A stretch of 64,000 nt of DNA. Source: a virus. Of this stretch, positions 1 to 9,000 are shown piece by piece. Position 1 is the first letter of the stretch. Every line of letters begins with the position of its first letter. The translations under genes and the position numbers were made by a program. The stretch is taken from positions 1 to 64,000 of IMG/VR virus record IMGVR_UViG_3300017749_000005, one strand, 5' to 3'. Under the pieces are notes generated by a model that ran no database searches, was not told the DNA's origin, and saw only the letters and a program-made list of their open reading frames with translations.

Positions 1-1
1 T

Positions 2-406
2 ATTTGGGAGCGTATGGCAGATGATAAGGGTAAAGTCAGATCCAACTATGGTTGGCAATGGCAACGCAATAATCAAATAGATAAGGTAGTTAAGTTGTTG
101 AAAGAAAAGCCTGATACTAGAAAAGCATCTATAAGTATATATGATGCTAAAGAGTTTGATACTTACACTAACGATACTCCTTGTACTTATGCTGTCAACT
201 TTACGATAATGCATAACAGATTAAATATGTCTGTTGTAATGCGATCTAACGATCTGTGGTTTGGTTTCTGTAACGATCAATATTGTTTTTCAATGTTACA
301 TAAAATGATTGCAGACGCGTTGTCTATGGATCAAGGAACGTATTACCATTTTGCTCAGAATTTTCATATATATAAAAAACAATTAAAAGATCATGCTGGA
401 TACTAA
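2..406 (+). CDS. dNMP (dCMP-type) hydroxymethylase of the thymidylate-synthase superfamily, T4 gp42-like; C-terminal part only, the 5' end lies outside the window
   Basis: The frame is open from the window edge (IWERMADDKGKVRSNYGWQW...). Motifs SNYGW, PDTRK, TPCTY (catalytic Cys), MRSNDLWFGFCND and NFHIY match my recollection of T4 gp42 (SNYGW / MRSNDVVFGFRND / LHVY) better than canonical ThyA (RSxDxxLGxPFN). An Asp, not Asn, sits at the base-discriminating position. Confidence 0.75.
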   Translation: MWERMADDKGKVRSNYGWQWQRNNQIDKVVKLLKEKPDTRKASISIYDAKEFDTYTNDTPCTYAVNFTIMHNRLNMSVVMRSNDLWFGFCNDQYCFSMLHKMIADALSMDQGTYYHFAQNFHIYKKQLKDHAGY

Positions 407-1211
407 TAAAAGATATCATTTATATCATATACCGGGTAAAAAGATAGGTGTTACCTGTAATCTTAATAACCGGGTTACTAAACAACAAGGATATAAAAAT
501 CATGAATATGAGGTGTTAGAATCATCTAATGATATAAATTATGTATCTTTGAGAGAACATGAGTTACAAGAGGAGTATGGTTACATAAAAGACATGAGAC
601 CTTATTCAGAAGTAGTTAAATCTAGAATTAAAATTAAATCAAATAAAATGAGTAACAAAAAAATAGTAACTTCAAGTAGTGCAACAACTACTTTTCACTG
701 CCCAATAGTAGATCTTAGATCACATCTACTAACTAATCGAGAACATAAGTGGGAAATAGAAGAAGGTAACACTGTTTCATTAAATCAATCAAATATTGAT
801 TGGATATTAAAAAATGCTAACAGGTCTCAATTTGGAGATGATAAATGCTACATATATAACAAAGCATTTATAGATCAAATGGATGAAATGGTTGAGGTTG
901 ATCCAATAATGCAAGATAGGTTTTATCTAATACGTTCTTGGGCAGTTGAAAAAGGTATATACAAAAGTGGCGATTCAAAAACGCAATATGTTAAATTAAT
1001 GGAAGAAGCAGGTGAGTTAGCTAAAGCTCTACTCAACAGAGATGAACCTGAAATTATCGATGCTATCGGTGATATGGTTGTAGTGCTAACAAATCTAGCT
1101 AAGCTAGAAGGCTTTGATATTGAAGACTGTATTGACTCTGCATATAATGTTATTAAAAGCAGACAAGGTAAAATGGTTAATGGAACATTTGTAAAAAGAG
1201 AGTCGTTATGA
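393..1211 (+). CDS. Fusion protein: N-terminal degenerate GIY-YIG-like module plus C-terminal MazG-type NTP pyrophosphohydrolase
   Basis: The 272-aa ORF overlaps the upstream stop. The N-terminus (YHLYHIPGKKIGVTCNLNNRV...E..YGY) resembles GIY-YIG. The C-terminus (EEAGELAKALL...IIDAIGDMVVVLTNLA) carries the MazG EExGE / D motif pair. Confidence 0.6.
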   Translation: MLDTNKRYHLYHIPGKKIGVTCNLNNRVTKQQGYKNHEYEVLESSNDINYVSLREHELQEEYGYIKDMRPYSEVVKSRIKIKSNKMSNKKIVTSSSATTTFHCPIVDLRSHLLTNREHKWEIEEGNTVSLNQSNIDWILKNANRSQFGDDKCYIYNKAFIDQMDEMVEVDPIMQDRFYLIRSWAVEKGIYKSGDSKTQYVKLMEEAGELAKALLNRDEPEIIDAIGDMVVVLTNLAKLEGFDIEDCIDSAYNVIKSRQGKMVNGTFVKRESL

Positions 1212-1504
1212 GTAAATCAGAATTTTCAAAGATAGAGTTTAGAGATCCAGTCGTAAGACGAGTGGTAGAGAAATTTGTAGACAGATCAAATGTAGGGTTT
1301 GCTAAGTATGGTAGATCATTAGATGGTGAAAGAAGAGGTGGTCATAAAGACTTAGTTGGTTATCTAAATGATATACAAGAAGAGTTAATGGATGCAGTGC
1401 TATACATACAGGCTGCACGTGAGGAACTATCTGATCTTCGTGAAGATGAACTTGTTCGTAAGCTAAAAGAAAATTATGGCGAAGAAGCGATATTCGAAGA
1501 TTAG
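1208..1504 (+). CDS. Small all-alpha (MazG-like) nucleotide pyrophosphohydrolase-like protein
   Basis: 98 aa with an ATGA start/stop overlap to the upstream gene. The pattern FAKYG...LNDIQEELMDAVLYI resembles short phage MazG-like proteins. The functional call is weak. Confidence 0.4.
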   Translation: MSKSEFSKIEFRDPVVRRVVEKFVDRSNVGFAKYGRSLDGERRGGHKDLVGYLNDIQEELMDAVLYIQAAREELSDLREDELVRKLKENYGEEAIFED

Positions 1505-1955
1505 AAGAAAGAAAGGTCCAGTAACAGCTAGGAAGGTAATACACGATGGTGTTACCTTCGCTTCTGGCCTTGAGAAATATATGTACATCGCATTAAAAAA
1601 AGCAAAACTTAAATTTAAATATGAAGGAGAAAATTTTACACTGGTTGAATCGTTTAACTTTAACCGTGCAGCTCATGAGCGCCAGAATAATGGAAAAGGT
1701 GAGTATATTGATAGAGGCAATAAAAAAGTTCTAGGTATAAAATATACACCTGATTTTGTAGGTGAAAACTTTATAATAGAAACAAAAGGTAGAGCTAATG
1801 ACTCTTTTCCTATGAGATGGAAATTATTTAAAAGACATCTTATAGAGACAGGTGACAATAGGCTACTATATAAACCACAGACCAACAAGGAGTGTGACAG
1901 AACTGTAGAATTAATATTGAAAAAGCAAACATGGGATTATTTGAACAAAGAATAG
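1476..1955 (+). CDS. PD-(D/E)xK family nuclease (DUF1064-like / resolvase-like)
   Basis: 159 aa. YTPDF...IIETKG gives a D...ExK catalytic arrangement. The basic N-terminus and overall layout resemble DUF1064 phage nucleases. Confidence 0.45.
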   Translation: MAKKRYSKIRRKKGPVTARKVIHDGVTFASGLEKYMYIALKKAKLKFKYEGENFTLVESFNFNRAAHERQNNGKGEYIDRGNKKVLGIKYTPDFVGENFIIETKGRANDSFPMRWKLFKRHLIETGDNRLLYKPQTNKECDRTVELILKKQTWDYLNKE

Positions 1956-2890
1956 CATACAAGCCTTTTGAGTACCCTGAGTATTATACTGAGGGTTGGC
2001 TGAAACAAGCTCAAGCATTTTGGTTACACACAGAAATACCAATGTCAGGAGATGTTAAAGATTGGAATGAAAGATTAACACCTGAAGAGAAAAACCTAGT
2101 AGGTAATATACTATTAGGTTTTGCACAGACAGAGTGCGCAGTATCGGATTACTGGACACAAAATGTAGTATCATGGTTTCCAAAACATGAGATACAGCAG
2201 ATGGCTATGATGTTTGGTTCGCAAGAAACAATACATGCAGTAGCATATAGTTATTTAAATGAAACATTAGGACTTGATAATTTTGAAGCATTTTTACACG
2301 AGCCTGCAACGGCTCAGAGATTTGATAATCTCGTTGGATACGAAGGAACCGAAAAACTTGGGATTGCACGATCGCTTGCAATCTTTTCCGCTTTCGCAGA
2401 GGGTGTTAGCCTTTACAGTGCTTTTGCTGTTTTATATTCTTTCCAAATGCGTAACCTACTTAAAGGGATAGGTCAGCAGATGAAATGGAGTGTGAGAGAT
2501 GAAAGTCTTCACAGCAAAATGGGTTGTAGGTTATTTAACCATATGTGTGAGGAAGATTCTGGATTAAGAAGTGATACTGAAGGAGCAATTAAACTTGCTG
2601 CACAAGCTATGGTTGAGTTAGAAGAGAACTATATAGACAAGATGTTTGAGATGGGTGACATCGAAGGTATTAAGTCATATGATTTAAAACAATTCATAAG
2701 AAAAAGATGTAACGAAAAGCTAAGAGAGTTAGGTTATACTGATATGTTTACTTTTGATGAAAAGGCAGCAGCAGAACTTGATTGGTTTTATCATCTTACT
2801 GGTGGTCATACACATACAGACTTTTTTGCAATGAGACCAACTGATTATAGCAAAGCTAATGAAGGTGAAGATTTTGAAGATATTTGGTAA
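1931..2890 (+). CDS. nrdB: Ribonucleotide reductase class I beta subunit
   Basis: 319 aa with di-iron/tyrosyl radical motifs QETIHAVAYS, FAEGVSLYSAF and RDESLHS, and the acidic C-terminal tail EDFEDIW. Confidence 0.92.
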   Translation: MGLFEQRIAYKPFEYPEYYTEGWLKQAQAFWLHTEIPMSGDVKDWNERLTPEEKNLVGNILLGFAQTECAVSDYWTQNVVSWFPKHEIQQMAMMFGSQETIHAVAYSYLNETLGLDNFEAFLHEPATAQRFDNLVGYEGTEKLGIARSLAIFSAFAEGVSLYSAFAVLYSFQMRNLLKGIGQQMKWSVRDESLHSKMGCRLFNHMCEEDSGLRSDTEGAIKLAAQAMVELEENYIDKMFEMGDIEGIKSYDLKQFIRKRCNEKLRELGYTDMFTFDEKAAAELDWFYHLTGGHTHTDFFAMRPTDYSKANEGEDFEDIW

Positions 2891-2902
2891 ACAAACATAT
2901 AT

Positions 2903-4603
2903 ATGACTAGTAGTAATAGATGGATTAAAGGAGAAGATTACCCTGCGTGGGCAGATGGTGATGTTTATAAGAAAACAATTCAAGGAGGTTATTTACTCCC
3001 TGATGAGACACCACGTGATGCATACAAACGTGTTGCAACAGCCGTCTCGAGACGTTTAGACAAGCCAGAGATGGCAGATAAATTTTTTGAATATATATGG
3101 AACGGTTGGTTGTGTTTGGCATCCCCTGTGTTGTCTAATACAGGCACAGACAGAGGCTTACCAATTAGTTGTTTCGGTATAGACGTAGCAGATTCAATAT
3201 ATGATATTGGTACTAAAAACCTAGAGATGATGTTATTAGCTAAACACGGTGGAGGTGTTGGTATTGGTATTAACCAAATCAGACCTGCAGGTGCAAGCAT
3301 TACAGGTAATGGAACGTCTGACGGAGTAGTACCATTTTGTAAGATATATGATTCAACTATATTAGCTACAAACCAAGGATCAGTGAGACGAGGTGCTGCA
3401 AGTGTTAACTTGAATATTGAGCATGCTGATTTTGAGGAGTGGTTAGAGATTAGAGAACCAAAGGGTGATGTAAACAGACAATCACTTAATATGCATCAAT
3501 GTGCTGTGATTGGTGATAAGTTCATGCGTAAGCTTAGTTCAGGTGATAAAGTTGCTAGAAGAAAGTGGAGTTCGTTGTTACAGAAACGTAAAGCAACGGG
3601 TGAGCCATATGTAATGTTTAAAGGTAATATAAACAAAGTAAATCCTCCAGCATATAAAGATAATGCTTTGAAGGTATTTATGACAAACATATGCTCTGAG
3701 ATAGCATTGCATACAGATGAGAACCATAGCTTTGTATGTTGTTTATCTAGTTTAAACCTAGCTAAGTATGATGAGTGGAAAGATACAAATCTAATATATG
3801 ATAGTACTTTCTTCTTGGATGGTGTAATGGAAGAGTTTATACAAAGAGCTAAGGGTTTAAAAGGCTTTGAAAACGCTGTTAGATCTGCCGTAAAAGGTAG
3901 AGCTGTAGGTCTAGGTGTTTTAGGTTGGCATACATATCTACAAGAAAAACATCTACCATTTGAAGGATTATTAGCACAACATGAAACACGAAGAATATTT
4001 AGCCAAATTAAAATCGAAAGTGAACGAGCTAGTATGGCTCTCGCTAATCAGTACGGGGAACCGCTCTGGTGTGTTGGTACGGGATTTAGGAATACTCATC
4101 TTCGAGCTATCGCTCCTACTGTTAGCAATAGTAAGCTTAGTGGCAATATTAGTCCCGGCATTGAGCCTTGGGCTGCTAATGTATTTACTGAACAGAGTGC
4201 AAAAGGGACTTTTATACGTAAAAACCCTACTCTGGAAAAGTTCTTAGATAAGTTAGGTAAGAATACTAGTGAAGTTTGGGAGAAGATATTAGCTGACGGT
4301 GGATCCGTTCAGGATGTCAAAGAACTTGACGATGATGCTAAAGAGGTATTTAAAACTTTTAAAGAGCTTAACCAACTAGAGATAGTTAATCAAGCGGGTA
4401 TAAGGCAACAATATATAGATCAAAGCGTTAGCTTGAATCTAGCTTTCCCATCTCAAGCAGATCCTAAGTTTATAAACAAAGTACATCTTGAGGCTTGGAA
4501 AAAAGGTATTAAAACCTTATATTATATGAGAACTGAGTCAGTTCTGCGTGGAGACATAGCTGAAAAAGCTATGGATGAAGAGTGTTTGAGTTGTGATGGC
4601 TAA
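2903..4603 (+). CDS. nrdA: Ribonucleotide reductase class I alpha subunit, short form without ATP-cone
   Basis: 566 aa with the active-site NICSEIAL (Cys-Glu) motif, LSSLNL, SLNLAFP, and the C-terminal redox shuttle CLSCDG. It lies immediately downstream of nrdB. Confidence 0.9.
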   Translation: MTSSNRWIKGEDYPAWADGDVYKKTIQGGYLLPDETPRDAYKRVATAVSRRLDKPEMADKFFEYIWNGWLCLASPVLSNTGTDRGLPISCFGIDVADSIYDIGTKNLEMMLLAKHGGGVGIGINQIRPAGASITGNGTSDGVVPFCKIYDSTILATNQGSVRRGAASVNLNIEHADFEEWLEIREPKGDVNRQSLNMHQCAVIGDKFMRKLSSGDKVARRKWSSLLQKRKATGEPYVMFKGNINKVNPPAYKDNALKVFMTNICSEIALHTDENHSFVCCLSSLNLAKYDEWKDTNLIYDSTFFLDGVMEEFIQRAKGLKGFENAVRSAVKGRAVGLGVLGWHTYLQEKHLPFEGLLAQHETRRIFSQIKIESERASMALANQYGEPLWCVGTGFRNTHLRAIAPTVSNSKLSGNISPGIEPWAANVFTEQSAKGTFIRKNPTLEKFLDKLGKNTSEVWEKILADGGSVQDVKELDDDAKEVFKTFKELNQLEIVNQAGIRQQYIDQSVSLNLAFPSQADPKFINKVHLEAWKKGIKTLYYMRTESVLRGDIAEKAMDEECLSCDG

Positions 4604-4640
4604 AGGCTAAAAGTTATAACTATATGCTATACATAATACT

Positions 4641-4668
4641 AAGCCGGTCATAACGATCGGCTTTTTTT
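4641..4668. terminator. Intrinsic terminator between convergent modules
   Basis: AAGCCGGTC-ATAAC-GATCGGCTT is a 9-bp stem with one mismatch, followed by T7 on the + strand. It lies between the nrdA stop and the last leftward ORF. The + direction is canonical; the - direction has only a weak U tract. Confidence 0.8.
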
Positions 4669-4801
4669 ATTGCTTCTTCATTGATTTAATCTTACCTTTT
4701 TTATTAGGTACACAGTTAGGCACATTACGACCACCTTTTTTCTTCATACCGACCATTTGGTAACCTTTCCAACAAGGTCCTTTTTTTCCTTTCTTTTTCA
4801 T
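4667..4801 (-). CDS. 44-aa basic Cys-motif mini-protein (MKKKGKKGPCWKGYQMVGMKKKGGRNVPNCVPNKKGKIKSMKKQ)
   Basis: Below the ORF-track cutoff. The ATG at 4801 overlaps the stop of the upstream gene (4798), and the ORF ends at the terminator. The PCWKGY...VPNCVP pattern recalls small proteins I have seen in marine viral genomes; this is from memory only. Confidence 0.5.
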   Translation of the reverse strand: MKKKGKKGPCWKGYQMVGMKKKGGRNVPNCVPNKKGKIKSMKKQ

Positions 4802-4959
4802 TTTTTTTGTTTGTATGGGAATAAATTATTTAATATATTTTTTCTATGGTCACAACCGCATGGAATGTTTAATCCTTCAGAAACTTTATCAACCATACTC
4901 TTTATTCCGGTTTTTTGAGTAAACTTACCTATAGTGTCTCCTAATCCTTTTGATCTCAT
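4798..4959 (-). CDS. 53-aa protein with GLGDTI...CGC motif
   Basis: The track ORF 4798..5028 is trimmed to the internal ATG at 4959 (MRSKGLGDTIGKF...). That ATG lies 5 nt after the stop of 4964..5212. The longer form would overlap the neighbour by 65 nt. Confidence 0.55.
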   Translation of the reverse strand: MRSKGLGDTIGKFTQKTGIKSMVDKVSEGLNIPCGCDHRKNILNNLFPYKQKK

Positions 4960-4963
4960 AGTA

Positions 4964-5212
4964 TTAACATTTCCATCTTCTACGTGCTGCTCTACCTCTT
5001 TCACTAGTCCAACTCTTTGATCTAGCACAAAAAGCTTTTCTTCTTTTAGCAGCTTTACTACCTTTTTTAACTTTTCCAGTAACAGCTGTTTTTAATTTGC
5101 TACCAGGGTTTTTCTTTCTATATGCAGCAACACCTTTAGCTGTCATACCCGCACCTTCTTTAGTACTCCTAAAGTTTCTACCCTTACCTTTAGTTGTTTT
5201 TCTAATAGCCAT
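4964..5212 (-). CDS. Highly basic 82-aa protein (K/R-rich)
   Basis: The start abuts the stop of the upstream gene. About a third of residues are K/R by eye (KGKGRNFRSTK..KKGSKAAKRRK..RRRWKC). Function unknown; possibly nucleic-acid binding. Confidence 0.6.
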   Translation of the reverse strand: MAIRKTTKGKGRNFRSTKEGAGMTAKGVAAYRKKNPGSKLKTAVTGKVKKGSKAAKRRKAFCARSKSWTSERGRAARRRWKC

Positions 5213-5679
5213 TATTTACAAGTACAATTACATTCAGTACAACAATCAGTCACACTAATACTGACAAAGTCAGCATCACTCATTTTTTCGTATAACCTCT
5301 TAAATGCTGGTCCTGAGCTAGTTAAGTTATTATCTTCATTAAATCTATTTGATTTAACTGAATCACCTACCAAAAGGCATCCATCAGTATGATCATCATC
5401 GTTTCCTATATGAATATATACATATTGAAAACCTAGTACATCTTGAAGCATAAAGTGAAAATCAAACCAAGGATATTTTTTACGGTATTTTTCAGTTAAT
5501 CCACTAATCACCTCACGCTTTTCAACTTTATAAGTTCCAGCAGGTATCCTAGTTTCACCTTTTACCTTCTCAGCACGATACTCATCCTCTAATGTAAAGC
5601 ATTCAAACTCTCCATCAACAAACATTAATCCTAATGTAGTATCACTTTGACCACTAAATCGTTTTAGTTCTAATTTCAT
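5212..5679 (-). CDS. DUF5675-like protein, putative cell-wall-acting enzyme (L,D-transpeptidase-like H...GC motif) with Cys-rich tail
   Basis: 155 aa. The N-terminus TLGLMFVDGEFECFTLED, then IPAGTYKV and YIHIGNDDDHTDGCLLVG, match my memory of the DUF5675 family. The tail DCCTECNCTCK is unusual. The gene sits next to a TM protein at the end of the late module. Confidence 0.45.
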   Translation of the reverse strand: MKLELKRFSGQSDTTLGLMFVDGEFECFTLEDEYRAEKVKGETRIPAGTYKVEKREVISGLTEKYRKKYPWFDFHFMLQDVLGFQYVYIHIGNDDDHTDGCLLVGDSVKSNRFNEDNNLTSSGPAFKRLYEKMSDADFVSISVTDCCTECNCTCK

Positions 5680-5996
5680 TATCTATCTTTTTTACTGTAA
5701 AGGTCTTTTTGTAAATCTTCTACATGATTCCTAAGATCCTTAACATCTTGTTCTAAGTCCTTAACATGATCTAACATCCAAGCATGATTTAAATCATACT
5801 CTGTTCTATCTATGGCTGCGGGTGGCATTGATTTAGCATCTTCAATATCCATCTGTAACTTTACATACATGCTACCCAATGTAAATACTGCAGCTATGAT
5901 TAAACCTATTGATTTCAGTGTTAAGTGAAAATCAGGCTTACCATCTCCATCTACATCAACTCCCATATTTGTACTCCCTCCTAATTCTTTTGCCAT
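5679..5996 (-). CDS. Single-pass membrane protein with C-terminal coiled coil (holin/spanin-like candidate)
   Basis: 105 aa with one hydrophobic helix (IGLIIAAVFTLGSMYV) followed by a charged helical tail. It is start/stop coupled to the DUF5675-like gene. Confidence 0.4.
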   Translation of the reverse strand: MAKELGGSTNMGVDVDGDGKPDFHLTLKSIGLIIAAVFTLGSMYVKLQMDIEDAKSMPPAAIDRTEYDLNHAWMLDHVKDLEQDVKDLRNHVEDLQKDLYSKKDR

Positions 5997-6024
5997 ATTT
6001 TTAATTTTTTGTATATTGTTATTA

Positions 6025-9000
6025 TTACTTGTTTTTCTTGTTATTTATATATTCCTCAATTTCTTTGTCACTTAAATTGAAATCTCTTTTTAATCTTATT
6101 CTTAATCCTTTTTGTTTTTTAGTTAATGGCTTGAACTTATTACCTTTTCTTTCTTCCTCAGTAGCATTTAGCTCCCACTCAGACCATCCCATCATTAAAA
6201 ATGGTCTTTTCCAGTTTTTAGTGTCTGTGTCAAAAGCTTTTTCAATATTATTGTATTTTCTAAAAACTCTATCTAATGGTATGTTAAAAGCACCTGCCAT
6301 AACTTGACCTCCAGCTAAATAAGCTGGATTTTTTAAACTAAAACCTCTTTCTTTTATTTCAGCCATATTATAATCAAATGTTAATCCTGCTGATCTGAGT
6401 TTTGCTATTTTAGAATCTACTGGTGGAGACATATCTAGAAGTCTCAATCCAACATCAGCAAACTCTGTTTTTTTCTTATTATTTTGTTTGTGTATTTCTA
6501 ACATTATGTTTTTTAAAGTAGAAGCACCAGCACCAGCTATACCCATTCCTTTTAATAAACCATCAGCCATTGCATTAGCAAGTCCTAAGTGTTTTTTCTT
6601 AGAAGTAATATCATCTGTTTCTTCAAACAAACCAACAAATAAAGCATTTTGTGCAGCACTAAACATAATATTTTGAATAGCACTATAGTATATTATTTTA
6701 GAAACGTGTTCTTTCCAATCACCTCTACCATTTCTTAAGTCTGATAATGATTTATCCATTATTCTAACATACTGTGCAGGTGTATTTCCAAATGCCAAAA
6801 CTAAACGACCAAGAGTACTAGCCTGCTGTTGAGATATTAAATCAGGTCTACTAGACTGTTGAGATTGTTCCGTAACCTCTCTAAAATCCTCAAAAGCTCT
6901 ATCCTTAGCAGACCTTTCATTTAAACCTTGTTTTAAATATCTATTAAGTCTGTTTCTATAAAAAGTTGCTCCACCTGTAGCAATCGCAAAACTATCAGCA
7001 TACTTTGTAGGTGCAAATCCTTTTTGTAATATATACTTTAACGCACCTTTTATTTTATTTTTAGAAGTAGCAGCGGCATCAGCTATTTCTGATTCACTAA
7101 CATTTATCTTTAAACCACCTCTTCTTTCTACTAAAAAATCAGAATTAAATATGGTAGTAAAATCTTTCCAATATTGCTTTTGATTAGCTATAGCTTTTCC
7201 AGCAGCTAAAACATTATTGTCACTCCAGTTTATATAATTTATACTTGATAAAGTTTGTAATGCTGCCGATCTTGAATTAAGAAACATAATAGCACCAACA
7301 GAATTATTTAACCAATCTATAGCTAGGTTTTCTAACCTTGCACCTTTACCGCTAAACATGTTAATTTTGTTCCTACCAGTTTTCATTCTTTCCAAAGAAT
7401 TTTCTAAAGCCTCTCTGTGATTAGAACCTAATATAGCTTGTATTTTATTTAAATTATCTTCACTAAAAATTATATCAACATTAGCTTGCCATTCTTCTAA
7501 ATGCTTGGCTCTTCCATTTTCGTTTAAGCCTTTTAGTAAATCAGTTGTTATAGTACCAGTTTCCCAATTTTCACCTGGTTCAACATAACCTTCTCCCTTG
7601 CCCATTTCAATAAGCTTATCAGCAAAATATTGAAGCTGTGGATTAGAAGAAACATACTCACTTAACCTTCTTACTTGACCCTCGTTTAAGCCAGTTGTTG
7701 TATTACCCTGCTTGTTCCATATATAAACTCTAACAGCATCTTGATTTGAAAATATATTTTTACTTAAACCCTCTATCTTAGCCTTGCTAGTTAAATCTGG
7801 TATTAAACCTTTTAACTCCTTTTTTAAAGCAGCAAAATCATTAGTCATTGCAACTCTATCTGCATCAATATTTCTATTTGCTATTGCAAAAGGTCTTACT
7901 AAATTTTTTTGTATCCAATTTTCAGCTGCATCACCAACTATACCCTTACCTTTTAATGGTTGTAATAAACCTCTAAAGTCCTGAGCAGACCAAGCCATTA
8001 ACTTTAGCTTATTAGCATCAGCACCCAACTTGCTAGCCTCTATTTTAGAAAAAACTTTTTCTTTTGGTACACCAAATTTGTTTTCTATAGCTGTATTTAA
8101 TTCTTTACTTAAATTTTCAGATGCTAATGTAACTTTTTCAACCCTTCTTTGTCTGTCTATTTTTTCTGCTTCTCTCAATAAAAGTATTTGATTTGTTTTA
8201 CCATTAACAATAGGAACATTTAAATTTTTTGATACTCTTGTAACTTCTTTAGCTCTTTTAGCAAGTTTATCTTGTATCAAACCTAATTCTTTAAGTGACT
8301 CAAATATACCTATTTTTTCTTTTAGTATAATATCATAAGTTTTGCCAGTTTTAAGATCTAAAGTTGTCTCAGCATATGCTTGAGTAATCATTACATTTTC
8401 AGCACTCATTTGAGCTGTATTTTTAAGAGCAGTGCCTAAATTACCACCAAATTCTGGACTATCTATTATTTTCTGTAAAGCAGATCTTATTATACTTATC
8501 TTATAAGAATCTGCTAATTTATTAAAATCATCAGAACGAAGTTCTTTTTCACCTAAACTTTTTAACATTATATCAAAGAAATTAGCATTAAAATTAAGTG
8601 TTTGAAGTTCATGCTCTGTATAAACTCTAGACTTTAAAAAAGCTCTTTGCTTAGCAGTTGGTAAGTCTACAAATTTTTTTCCTTTTAATGAATCTGGATT
8701 CTTAGCTGTTTCAATTTGTTTATTCAACCATTGATTATATTCAACACCCAAAGATTTTATATCAAAAGATTCTATAGAAACACTTGTCATTTCTCCTAAA
8801 GCTCTAATAACACCTGTTTGTATACTAGAGTTTCTTTTAAAAAATTGAGCAATAAACGTTAAAGATTTAACTTTACCTTCTATAGTTTCTTTACTATTTA
8901 CATGCTTAAATAAAGCATTATATATTAATTTTAAAGCTTTTTTATTTGATTCAATTGTTTTTTCAAAATTAGCGTTATTGGCTCTACCACTTATACTTTC

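Noticed and set aside
5679-5996. VDVDGDGKPD near the N-terminus of the 105-aa TM protein resembles a DxDGD polymerase metal site
   Set aside because: The protein is far too small and is membrane-anchored. The motif is more likely a Ca-binding-type DxDxDG loop or chance.
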